Shown here: piece by piece, positions 38,706 to 47,504 of the stretch | Layout of the letters: each line of letters starts with the position of its first letter | Position numbering within the stretch: position 1 is the first letter of the stretch | Assembly: GCA_965216005.1 (NCBI GenBank) | Contig: OZ244143.1 | Location: 4,103,947-4,167,946, forward strand | DNA length: 64,000 nt | Direction: 5' to 3' | Source: Candidatus Azotimanducaceae bacterium | Lineage (GTDB): Bacteria; Pseudomonadota; Gammaproteobacteria; Pseudomonadales; Azotimanducaceae | Position numbers and translations under genes: made by a program | The notes under the pieces: model-generated | Told to the model about the DNA's origin: nothing | Database searches by the model: none | Seen by the model: only the letters and a program-made list of their open reading frames with translations

Positions 38706-39991
38706 GCGCGCAGCGAAACCAACGTGCTGATGTGCAGGCGGCGGCGCACCGTAACAACACCCAGGATGTTCCACAATGCCGTGGCGGCAGTCGCTGCCAC
38801 AGCCGCACCCTCAATGCCATATAAGCTGATCAAAGGTATGCCCAGTAGCGGGCATGCGATGCAGGCGATCAGCATGTTGCGAGCGGCGGGTTGTTCGTTA
38901 CCGGTCATTAACTGCAACACGCCAACCGAGCCACATAGCGCGTTGATCAGTTGACCCAATAGCAGGATACGCAACGCATTTGCGGCGGCGCGGAAGGGCT
39001 CGCCGAACCAGCCTAGCACCCACTCTGCCTGCCAGCACAGCAGTAGCGCCACCACTGCCGTAAACAGGGTAGAAAAGCGCGCTGCGTTGTGGGCCAGTCG
39101 TTGCATGTTCGCGTGATCGCCCTTGCTGTGTGCGCTGGCGATCATTGGCGAGATGAGTACGTTGATGGCCGCCAGCGCGAAAGAGGCGAGCACAGACAGG
39201 CGCGCAGCCGCGCCGTAGATACCGGCGTGAGCTTCGTCGATGAGGAAACCGACCAGCAGTATGTCGAGCTGGCTGATGACCACGGTGGTGCCGGATACGA
39301 TCAGCAGCGCCCACTGCCCCTGCTGCCACAGGACAGTGTTTTGGGTTGCTGGGAGAACGGACTCGCCTCGCACGGAGGGCAGCAACAGGCGGCGGTAGGC
39401 GATGGCTGTTACCAAGGCGACGCACACCGCAATAGTGCTGAGCAGCAATAGGGTTGCAGCCGATAGCGCGGCATCTGTAGCTGTCAGTACGACGGCGACG
39501 AGCACACCGAATGTCAGCGGCCGTACCAGTTCGTCGGGAAGGCGGGCGTAGATGCCGCGCAAACCCTGATTCTTCGCCTGTGCCTGGGACAGGTTTACCG
39601 TCGCCCACAGCAGCAGCACACCGGCTCCAAATGCGAAGGCATGGCTGGGCCGGTCGCCAGCGAACAGACCGATCAGTAAGAGTGCCAGGACCGATACAGT
39701 GCTGGTTTGCAGCAGTAACCGTCGGCGTGCCCAACGCCAAAGGCCCATCAGGGCTTCACCTTCGTCGTTCCCGTGATATTGACCCGTGAAGCGGGTAAGA
39801 GTGGTATCCAGTCCTTGTCGTGCCACCAGCGCGGCGATAGCGAGACCTGCGGTGACGAGCACGAAAAGACCGTAAACATCGGCAGCTACGTTGCGTGCAA
39901 TGTAGATTTGCACACTTAACGCAACGGCAGCACCGAGTAGTTTTATGCCAAGTACGACGGTACTCGCCCCGGTCAGGAACCGGGCGTTCAT
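38702..39991 (-). CDS. Wzx/MOP-family oligosaccharide flippase
   Basis: More than 12 TMs; DILLVG.....AGIYGAAARL, GIEGAAVAT. Confidence 0.88.
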   Translation of the reverse strand: MNARFLTGASTVVLGIKLLGAAVALSVQIYIARNVAADVYGLFVLVTAGLAIAALVARQGLDTTLTRFTGQYHGNDEGEALMGLWRWARRRLLLQTSTVSVLALLLIGLFAGDRPSHAFAFGAGVLLLWATVNLSQAQAKNQGLRGIYARLPDELVRPLTFGVLVAVVLTATDAALSAATLLLLSTIAVCVALVTAIAYRRLLLPSVRGESVLPATQNTVLWQQGQWALLIVSGTTVVISQLDILLVGFLIDEAHAGIYGAAARLSVLASFALAAINVLISPMIASAHSKGDHANMQRLAHNAARFSTLFTAVVALLLCWQAEWVLGWFGEPFRAAANALRILLLGQLINALCGSVGVLQLMTGNEQPAARNMLIACIACPLLGIPLISLYGIEGAAVAATAATALWNILGVVTVRRRLHISTLVSLRA

Positions 39992-40139
39992 ACTCGAATG
40001 GTCGGTTGCAACAGCATCTGCGCAGCTTAGCATCCGGATATTCTCCGGCCCAAGCTGTCCCGATTTTTGTGCTCGCGATCACAGTTTGACAAGCCGCTAC
40101 GGGGAAACTAGCGTGCTCGGCTTTCAGCAAGGATTCTGA

Positions 40140-41087
40140 GTGTTGCGCAATCCCCATTTCGACGACGACCGTGTCGTCTGGTCCGATAGCTATTCCGGTC
40201 AGTACGAGTCACCTGTTTACAACGAGCAATTCGAGCTGCAATGGAACATTGCGTTCAAGGGGAACCAGGAGTATTTCGACAACCCGGGTACGTCGACTGA
40301 AGACGACTACATTGCCGACCGGGTCTATGAGTGGACAGGTCAGCATCCGCATGGGCGGCAGGATTTCAAATACCCCGGCATGGGTAGCTACGTGATGGAT
40401 AACCCCATCGATCCGGCGCTGATTAAAGGCAAGCGCTGTATCGATGTCGGTTGCGGTATGGGCCGCTGGACACGCACAATGCAGATGATCGGCGCAGCGG
40501 AAGTGCTGTCCGTTGATGTCTCGGAGAGCGGCCTGGCGAGCACTAGTCAGTTCAATCCCAATGTGCTGCGGGCCAACATTCTGAAGCTGCGCGATGAGCA
40601 TCCGGAACTCGTCGGCCAGTTCGACTTTGCCAACCTGTGGGGCGTTGCCATGTGCACGCACGATCCTAAGGAAGCCTTTGCCAGCGCAGCAGCCATGGTG
40701 AAGGACGGTGGTGCGATTTATCTGATGGTGTACGCACCCGAGGGCATCCATAACCGGCGGCTCACGCTGGCGCAGCGCAAACGCTTTCATGAACTGGATT
40801 CGGTTGAAGAACGCCTCGCCTGGGTTGACCGCGTGCAGTCCCGCTGCTGGGACAGCCACTACGCTCTCACCGACAATCTCCTCAATGTTACGCGTAACCT
40901 GCGCGGTTTGCCTAAAGGCAGCAAGATGGGTGTATTGGATATGCTTGAGCCAGTCTACAACTGGGTGATCCCGCTGGAAGTGGTGCACGATTGGATGGCC
41001 GCCAACGGCTTCAGCCAGGTCACAGTGTTGAATCCGCACCAGCAGAACAAAGCGGCGCATCATGTGCTCGGGGTAAAGGCCGCTTAG
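40140..41087 (+). CDS. Class I SAM-dependent methyltransferase
   Basis: CIDVGCGMGRW motif I. Confidence 0.88.
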   Translation: MLRNPHFDDDRVVWSDSYSGQYESPVYNEQFELQWNIAFKGNQEYFDNPGTSTEDDYIADRVYEWTGQHPHGRQDFKYPGMGSYVMDNPIDPALIKGKRCIDVGCGMGRWTRTMQMIGAAEVLSVDVSESGLASTSQFNPNVLRANILKLRDEHPELVGQFDFANLWGVAMCTHDPKEAFASAAAMVKDGGAIYLMVYAPEGIHNRRLTLAQRKRFHELDSVEERLAWVDRVQSRCWDSHYALTDNLLNVTRNLRGLPKGSKMGVLDMLEPVYNWVIPLEVVHDWMAANGFSQVTVLNPHQQNKAAHHVLGVKAA

Positions 41088-41111
41088 GCGCTCTGGCGCG
41101 ACGCGGCGTTA

Positions 41112-41297
41112 TTGGCGTGCGCACAGTCTTGCCAATCCTTGGGCACGGAGGCGCTGAAAGTGTCGCTTCGAACCCTGATCGAAGGGCTGCAGAAGCGGGG
41201 TCAAGAAGTTGATTGTGCGACGATCGCGGGCACGGGGTCTAACTTCTATTCCTTGCTCCCGAATACCACGCGCCATAATTTGGATGCGGCGTCGGAA
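41112..41297 (+). pseudogene. Probable truncated GT4 glycosyltransferase N-terminus
   Basis: SLGTEALKVSLRTLIEGLQKRGQEVDCATIAGTGSNFYSL resembles GT4 starts such as that at 47501; similarity stops at the 45-bp repeat. Confidence 0.45.
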
Positions 41298-41342
41298 CCC
41301 GCTTCAATACTCGATAATGATCGCACCGGCGGGGCAGCTATT
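41298..41342. repeat. 45-bp direct repeat, copy 2 (within the intact ferredoxin 3' end)
   Basis: Identical to 37672-37716. Confidence 0.97.
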
Positions 41343-41495
41343 AGCCGCGGATTGGGCTTCTATCTCCAATTCTTCGGTGACGCCGTCGGCCTTGGCTCTG
41401 GCTTTGTCGTGTTCCCCGATTTCGAACAGCTCAGGATAGAGATTGATGCAGCGGTGATGGGCTTCGCATCGGTCAGGATCGACTCGGCATTTCAT
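41304..41495 (-). CDS. Ferredoxin, [3Fe-4S]-type P450 partner
   Basis: CxxHxxC...CP motif (CEAHHRC, NSCP); start overlaps the P450 stop. Confidence 0.92.
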   Translation of the reverse strand: MKCRVDPDRCEAHHRCINLYPELFEIGEHDKARAKADGVTEELEIEAQSAANSCPAGAIIIEY

Positions 41496-42748
41496 GACAC
41501 ACGCTCCTTAAATTTGTCCTGTGCCGCGTCCGATTGGATCCACAGATAAGCCATCTGGCGCAGCGCTAAGCCCGGTACGTAGTCATAGCTGTCAGCACCG
41601 CGCGCCAATCTGAAATTCTGCCGTTGCGACAACAGAATCTGGAAGGACAGGTTCAGTTCCAGTCTGGCGAGGGGCGCACCCAGGCAGTGATGGGTTGCAT
41701 GGCTGAAGGCCACGTGTGAGCCGGCATTGCCCCTGTCGATATCGAGGGTCTCCGCGTCCGGGAAGTGACGCTCATCGCGGTTGGCTGCGGCAAAGCGCAG
41801 GTGCACGGCGGCCCCTGGCGGAATAGTCACCCCGTGCAGTTTTACCTCTTCCTTCGTGAACCGGTACATACCAGCGGTAGGGGAGTGCAGCCGCAGACAT
41901 TCCTCCACGAACGTCTTAATACGCTTGGGCTGATTGCGCAGCTGACTTTCCAGACCGGGTTCATCGATCATCGCGCACATGGCCATGGCAAGCCCGTTCT
42001 GGGTCGTTTCGTTGGCACCGACGATGGCTTGTTCCGCAAACCCGACAATTTCCTTGGTGGTCAGCGGGCTACCGTCCTCACGCCGGATCTGTATTAGCAG
42101 GGACAGCAGATCGTCTCCTGGATCCAGACGCTTCTTGTCCAGATTCTCAAGAATGTAGTTCTGCAACTTCACGCCTTCTTCTGCGACATACATTTCCTGT
42201 GCCGGTGTCATGGCGTGGGAGTAGGGCAGTACCCAGACGTCGGTAAAGTGCTTGAGCAGTTTATGGTCTGCCAACGGCAGCCCTAAGAGGATCGTCATGA
42301 CGCTCATGGGCAGTGGGAAACAGAATGCGCTCACGAAATCCACCGGTTCATCGGTCTCCAGAGCACCCGTCAGATCTTCGATGAGCGCGCGCAACTGCGG
42401 CTCCCAGCGGCGGATGCGGCTGGACGTAAAAAACGGCTCCACGCGGCTGCGGAAGTCCGTGTGATAGGGTGGATCGGTAGACAAAGGCGTGTAACGCGGC
42501 AAGCCGTTGTCTTCGTAGTACTTCACGGCTGCTTCCGTGCGAAACAGAAAGCCACGATCGGGCTTCTCCATGGAGAAGCGTTTAGAGTCGCGCACGATAT
42601 TACAAATGTCTTCGTAGCGGGTGATGACGTACATGTCGACATCGGCTAAATAGTGGACCGGCGCCTCGTCGCGGAGCAGTCGGTATGCCTCCCACGGGCA
42701 CTTTTGGATCTCGACATTCGACAGATTTATTCTGTTGGCATCCGCCAT
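41492..42748 (-). CDS. Cytochrome P450
   Basis: DPP.HT..R, GANETT I-helix, EECLR ExxR, HHCLGAPLARLE heme ligand. Confidence 0.95.
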   Translation of the reverse strand: MADANRINLSNVEIQKCPWEAYRLLRDEAPVHYLADVDMYVITRYEDICNIVRDSKRFSMEKPDRGFLFRTEAAVKYYEDNGLPRYTPLSTDPPYHTDFRSRVEPFFTSSRIRRWEPQLRALIEDLTGALETDEPVDFVSAFCFPLPMSVMTILLGLPLADHKLLKHFTDVWVLPYSHAMTPAQEMYVAEEGVKLQNYILENLDKKRLDPGDDLLSLLIQIRREDGSPLTTKEIVGFAEQAIVGANETTQNGLAMAMCAMIDEPGLESQLRNQPKRIKTFVEECLRLHSPTAGMYRFTKEEVKLHGVTIPPGAAVHLRFAAANRDERHFPDAETLDIDRGNAGSHVAFSHATHHCLGAPLARLELNLSFQILLSQRQNFRLARGADSYDYVPGLALRQMAYLWIQSDAAQDKFKERVS

Positions 42749-42767
42749 GGCGTTCCCCGCGCGCAAT

Positions 42768-44303
42768 TTAATCCCTCGACAGCCACTCATCATACAGTTT
42801 GTGAAAGTGGCGGGGCTTGGTTTCGCCGTAGTTGGCGAAAATCACCTCATCCAGCGAGTGCAGTCCTTTCTGCACAAACGGTAAGTTTAAGGTGTCCTGG
42901 TTGAACACCTTGGCAAGATGCCCGAGTTGGGGGGCTTCCACGTAGTCGTCCTCGAGGTCCAGCCACTGCATTTTGGCAGCGGGCGGTCGGGGTTCACCGG
43001 CCGGTGTCGGCCACATGAAAAAGCATTCGTGGATGCACTCTTCGGGATTGTCGCCGTAGGGGCGGAATCGATAAAAAATCTGGTTGAACGAACCCCAGGG
43101 ACTGATGTTGGGAAAAACGCTGTAGTAGATCGGGTCTAACAGCTCCGCATCGCTGACCTCGTCCATGACATCACCCAACGTCTTGCGCAGTTCCTCACGC
43201 CGGACCGCTGCAGCGGCGGCGCGCTTCTCTGCGAAATCGCCTGTTGGAACATTGGATGGCAACTCGTCCATGCCTTCCACTAAGCGTCCGCCGACCCAAT
43301 TGCACAGATGGATGTCGGCATGGAACTTGTCGCCATCCAGATGATTGCCCCAATCGTCGAAGTAGCCCACCTGTTTGTCTGGGGTGGTGACCTTGACCCG
43401 GCCTTCCTCTACCCGCTCGTAAATGCTGCCGGTCAGCTCGTGGCGCTGCCGGGTGAAGGGAGTCGCTTCCATGTAGGGATGTTCCGCCAGCTCCGTCGGT
43501 ACGTGGGGGCTACCGATGAGATGGGCCGACAACGCTCGGGAGAAGTTGCCGAAAATGTCGTATTTAGAATTGGCGCATCCGAGGCTCCCGAGCAGGGTGG
43601 GGTGTGTTGCTACGGAATGATAGGCTTCGGCGAAAGCCTCGTGTGCGACCTTCCAGTTACACGGCAGACGCTTGGCGACATGTACCGCCTTATAGCGCCG
43701 CTCCATGGGGAGGTGCGTGAAGTGTTCGTCCAAGTTACCGAGAAAATCCGCCAACGGTTCGCAATCGGGGTCGGGGTTGATGAACACGAATCCACCCCAG
43801 CGGTCGACCCTCACTTGAGGTAGGGAGTGGGTTGCCTTCGAGACGGTGGGAAAGTCCCAGTGGCAGGGCACTTCCTCCAGAGTGCCCTCCAGCGACCAAG
43901 CCCAGCCGTGGAAAGGGCAACGGAAATTGTGCAAGGCTTGCTCGTCCTGATGCAGCAGTTGGCGTCCCCTGTGCAAACACGCGTTCGGGAAGGCGTGGAA
44001 CCCGTCCTTTGCGCTGCGTACTACGATGTAGGACAGATCGGCGATGTCGTAGACGATAGCGTCGCCGACGTTAGGGATGTCGTCCTCGTGGCAAGCCATC
44101 TGCCACACCCGCTTCCAGAGACGTTCCTTCTCCAACTCGTGGAATTCTCTGGAATAGTAGACCTTGGGGTCGACGATTGTAGGACCCGGAGGTAGGGGAT
44201 TATCGACTCGGAGAATGTCCCTGACAGGATGGGAATCCCTGTCGAGCACTTCGTTGTAGCTGATTCCGGCTGACCGGTCGGTACCCGTAACCGTTTCCAC
44301 CAT
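42768..44303 (-). CDS. Rieske non-heme iron oxygenase, alpha subunit (long form)
   Basis: CLHRG...CPFHGW; EAYH....H; QD..NL. Confidence 0.93.
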   Translation of the reverse strand: MVETVTGTDRSAGISYNEVLDRDSHPVRDILRVDNPLPPGPTIVDPKVYYSREFHELEKERLWKRVWQMACHEDDIPNVGDAIVYDIADLSYIVVRSAKDGFHAFPNACLHRGRQLLHQDEQALHNFRCPFHGWAWSLEGTLEEVPCHWDFPTVSKATHSLPQVRVDRWGGFVFINPDPDCEPLADFLGNLDEHFTHLPMERRYKAVHVAKRLPCNWKVAHEAFAEAYHSVATHPTLLGSLGCANSKYDIFGNFSRALSAHLIGSPHVPTELAEHPYMEATPFTRQRHELTGSIYERVEEGRVKVTTPDKQVGYFDDWGNHLDGDKFHADIHLCNWVGGRLVEGMDELPSNVPTGDFAEKRAAAAAVRREELRKTLGDVMDEVSDAELLDPIYYSVFPNISPWGSFNQIFYRFRPYGDNPEECIHECFFMWPTPAGEPRPPAAKMQWLDLEDDYVEAPQLGHLAKVFNQDTLNLPFVQKGLHSLDEVIFANYGETKPRHFHKLYDEWLSRD

Positions 44304-44524
44304 GACTACCTCCTCCCCTGCTGAGAACATTCAATCCATGAGAGTGTAGTGTCATGATGCGGACGGGAAATTGACTTCGATCAAGTGGTCTGCGGCACCA
44401 GCTTGTGATCGATGCCCCAGAATAGCTGTGCGACTCACGCTAGCGTAGACGATGAGAGACGGCCGGTAGCGGATGCCGGTTAGAGAGAGGGCCCACACGG
44501 ACGGCCATCACCGGAGTACATCCA

Positions 44525-46129
44525 ATGGGCGCACGTGGTGTGTTGCTGTTCATGTGGGTGAGTGTGTCGGTCCCAGCCTTTGCCGAACACCCTAAGCGCG
44601 ACCTAGAGAAGTTGTCAGAACGTCCGACGCTTGACTTCACATCCGACAAGAATCGTTACGAAGCGGGTGAGCGTGCGACGCTCAAATGGACTTCGTCCAA
44701 CACCAGACGCTGTCGTGCGCGAGGTGACTGGCGGGGCAGACGACCGACGGAGGGTTCGTTCACGACGCCGCCGCTGGATGCTAATAGCATTTTCAAGTTG
44801 CGTTGCCGTGGACCCGCAGGCAGAGTGGTGCGCCGTTTGCGAATTCGGGTAGAACCGCCAACGGTCACACCGGCGCCTCAACCTGAGCCGATTCCCCCAC
44901 CGCCGTTTCCGGAGCCACCACAGGCGCCAACGGTGTCGTTGAGTGTCGACAATACCCACCTAGCCAGCGGCTCGGCAACCACTGTTCGGTGGTCTTCCTC
45001 CAGTGCGACATCATGTCATGCCTCGGGTGATTGGACCGGTAGTCAGGCTGTCAACGGCCGGTACGACACCGGCGGTCTGTTTGCAGACCACACATATGAG
45101 TTGACTTGTGATGGGCTCGGCGGGCGCGCGAGCGACAAAGTCACAGTCGAAGTCGAGTCGCCGCCGACGGTGAGTCTCGAGGCTGAATCAGTGGTCGTGT
45201 CGTCCGGTAGTCCCGCGAATCTGTTTTGGGCTTCTTCAGGCGCAGACCGCTGTACGGCTAGCGGTGGCTGGGAGGGTGACAAGCCAGTCGACGGCAGTCA
45301 ACGCAGCGATCTAATCGAAGACACCACGACGTTCACGCTGACGTGCGTGAACGATTTCGGTACCGAGAGTGCGTCGGTGACCGTGGGTGTCAATCGTGTA
45401 GAGGAACCCTCGGTTGAGATATCGGCTGATCGCACCAGTGTAGGCGAAGGTGAGTCCGTCAACGTTTCGTGGACCTCGGCACATGTCGACAGTTGCAACG
45501 CATCCGGGGACTGGTCGGGTTCGAAGCTGCCGGCGGGCAGTTATCGAACGGCGGCGCTCAGGACAACGAGCACGTTTACGATCAATTGTGACGGACCCGG
45601 CGGTCGAGTGAGTGACACCGTGGCCGTGTCGGTGAGTACGCCACCCACCGTGAGTATCGCTGTGGGAGATCAGGCGGTTGATGTCGGTGCGAACACGACG
45701 CTGTCGTGGAGTTCGAGAAACGCAGACCGTTGCACGGCGAGCGGTGGTTGGGAGGGGCCTCAGACGCTTAACGGTATGGTCTCAGTGGGCCCCATCGATA
45801 CCGCGACCAGCTTCTCGCTCACTTGCGAAGGGCCGAGTGGTACGGCCGTGGCGATCGCGTCGGTCGGTGTCAACGCTCGACTGACGGTCAATTGGCAACC
45901 GCCGACCGAAAATACTGACGGGAGTCAGGTGACAACGCTCATGTGGTATCGAATTCTCTGGGGCACGACATCCGGTAGCTATTCGGATCAAGTGACGGTA
46001 GACGACGGAGCGAGAACGTCACATACGCTTGCAGTACCGCCGGGGGATTACTACGTGGTGATGACAGTAACCGATGACACGGGTCAGGAGAGTGCTTATT
46101 CGAACGAGGTTAAGCTCGTCGCTCAATGA
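44525..46129 (+). CDS. Secreted protein with five Cys-paired Ig/PKD-like repeats and a C-terminal FN3-like domain
   Basis: Signal peptide; five W.S....C.A.G.W.G...C repeats; Pro-rich linker; W.PP.EN.DG and SAYSNEV FN3-like end. Confidence 0.85.
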   Translation: MGARGVLLFMWVSVSVPAFAEHPKRDLEKLSERPTLDFTSDKNRYEAGERATLKWTSSNTRRCRARGDWRGRRPTEGSFTTPPLDANSIFKLRCRGPAGRVVRRLRIRVEPPTVTPAPQPEPIPPPPFPEPPQAPTVSLSVDNTHLASGSATTVRWSSSSATSCHASGDWTGSQAVNGRYDTGGLFADHTYELTCDGLGGRASDKVTVEVESPPTVSLEAESVVVSSGSPANLFWASSGADRCTASGGWEGDKPVDGSQRSDLIEDTTTFTLTCVNDFGTESASVTVGVNRVEEPSVEISADRTSVGEGESVNVSWTSAHVDSCNASGDWSGSKLPAGSYRTAALRTTSTFTINCDGPGGRVSDTVAVSVSTPPTVSIAVGDQAVDVGANTTLSWSSRNADRCTASGGWEGPQTLNGMVSVGPIDTATSFSLTCEGPSGTAVAIASVGVNARLTVNWQPPTENTDGSQVTTLMWYRILWGTTSGSYSDQVTVDDGARTSHTLAVPPGDYYVVMTVTDDTGQESAYSNEVKLVAQ

Positions 46130-46184
46130 GTGGTTTGGATACGGATAGCGGGTACTATGAGCGAGGCAACTCAGGGAGACTCAT

Positions 46185-46970
46185 ATGCCGGGTACGCAAT
46201 TATTGGACCAGTTCAAACTCGATGGCCAGGTCGCTGTCGTAACCGGCGCCGGGCGCGGTATTGGCGAGGGGATCGCGCTGGGTTTGGCCGAAGCCGGGGC
46301 GGATGTGGTGCTCGCCGCGAGACGCACGGAAGAGATCGAAGCCGTGGCTGAGAAGGTCCGTGGGCTGGGGCGTCGCGCGTTGGCACTGACCACAGACGTC
46401 ATGGAGATTGAGCAAGTGCAGACGCTTGCGCAGACCGCGTTCGACGACATGGGTGCGCTCACTTGTTGGGTGAGCAACGCGGGCGGCGCTGATGATCGGG
46501 TACCGCGCACGTTTCTCGAAATGCCCGAGCGTCAGTGGGACTTTCAGATGAATCTGAACTTGAAAGCGGTTTGGACCGGCGCACAGGCTGCTGCGAACAT
46601 CATGAAAGACAACGGCGGCGGCACGATCATCAACATCTCGTCACAAGCAGCCAATCGGCCATCACCGCACAACGGTCCCTACGCGGTCGCAAAAAGTGGC
46701 GTGAACAACTTAACCCAGACTTTGGCAGTCGAGATGGCGCCACTCGGGATAAGGGTGAATTCCGTTTCTCCCGGTCCCATTCCAACGGAAGTATTCCTCG
46801 AATTCCTAAACCTCAAAGAAGAAGATATTCCGAATCTCGGTAAGCAGTTCGGTGTGCCGCTCGGTAGAGTCGGGACGCCGGAGGATATAGCCCCGGCGGT
46901 CGTTTATCTTGCGTCGGCCGCGTCCAGTTGGCTGACGGGGCAGGACATCAAGATCAACGGCGGGTTGTGA
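46185..46970 (+). CDS. Short-chain dehydrogenase/reductase
   Basis: TGAGRGIG, SNAG, YAVAK. Confidence 0.92.
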   Translation: MPGTQLLDQFKLDGQVAVVTGAGRGIGEGIALGLAEAGADVVLAARRTEEIEAVAEKVRGLGRRALALTTDVMEIEQVQTLAQTAFDDMGALTCWVSNAGGADDRVPRTFLEMPERQWDFQMNLNLKAVWTGAQAAANIMKDNGGGTIINISSQAANRPSPHNGPYAVAKSGVNNLTQTLAVEMAPLGIRVNSVSPGPIPTEVFLEFLNLKEEDIPNLGKQFGVPLGRVGTPEDIAPAVVYLASAASSWLTGQDIKINGGL

Positions 46971-47051
46971 TTGTGGCGTACAATTCGCTAGTGTCAGACC
47001 ACACCGCCGGTTAAATCTATCCCACCTTTGCGTTTCCATCGCTTTTTGACA

Positions 47052-47504
47052 ATGAGCGCCAATCGATTGCGCGGAGTGTCGGCATTAAACCGCGAGATAC
47101 TGCGCGGCATGCTGATGGTCTTTCTGTTTGCGGTCTTTGTCGCGGCTATCGGTGCTGCCAAAGAAGTAGCCATAGCGTGGCACTACGGCGTCGGGGCGAC
47201 GGTCGACGCCTACCCATTTCTCTTCACCTTGGCACAGTGGCCGCTCGGCTTGTTGGCCACTGTGTTCACTGTTACTTTGGTTCCGCTGGTTGCCAATTTG
47301 CGCGTTTCCGATGCCGGTGGACTGGCATCGTTTCAATCGCAAGTGTTGGGCGGTATGTTGTTGCCGGGCTTTGCCATTGGTGTGCTCGTAGTGTTTGCGA
47401 TTCTGGTGGTGGAAAAAGTGCGGCTGCGAGGTTTGTTACTGGCCACCGCGATTGTCTATTTCGTCTCCTGTGTGCACTGTTTAGCACACCTTCGCCGCTG
47501 GTGA
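47052..47504 (+). pseudogene. MurJ/MOP-like flippase with a large in-frame internal deletion
   Basis: N-terminus GAAKEVAIAWHYGVG..VDAY is MurJ-like and joins directly to a C-terminus-like GLLLATAIVY. Only 150 aa; stop overlaps the next start (GTGA). Confidence 0.7.

Larger units (their letters stand above)
37672..41342. mobile_element. Putative integrated glycan-gene cassette flanked by att-like direct repeats, no recombinase inside
   Basis: The repeats are 3626 bp apart. The cargo is functionally unrelated to the flanking oxygenase cluster, and excision would restore that cluster. Mobility is inferred. Confidence 0.6.
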
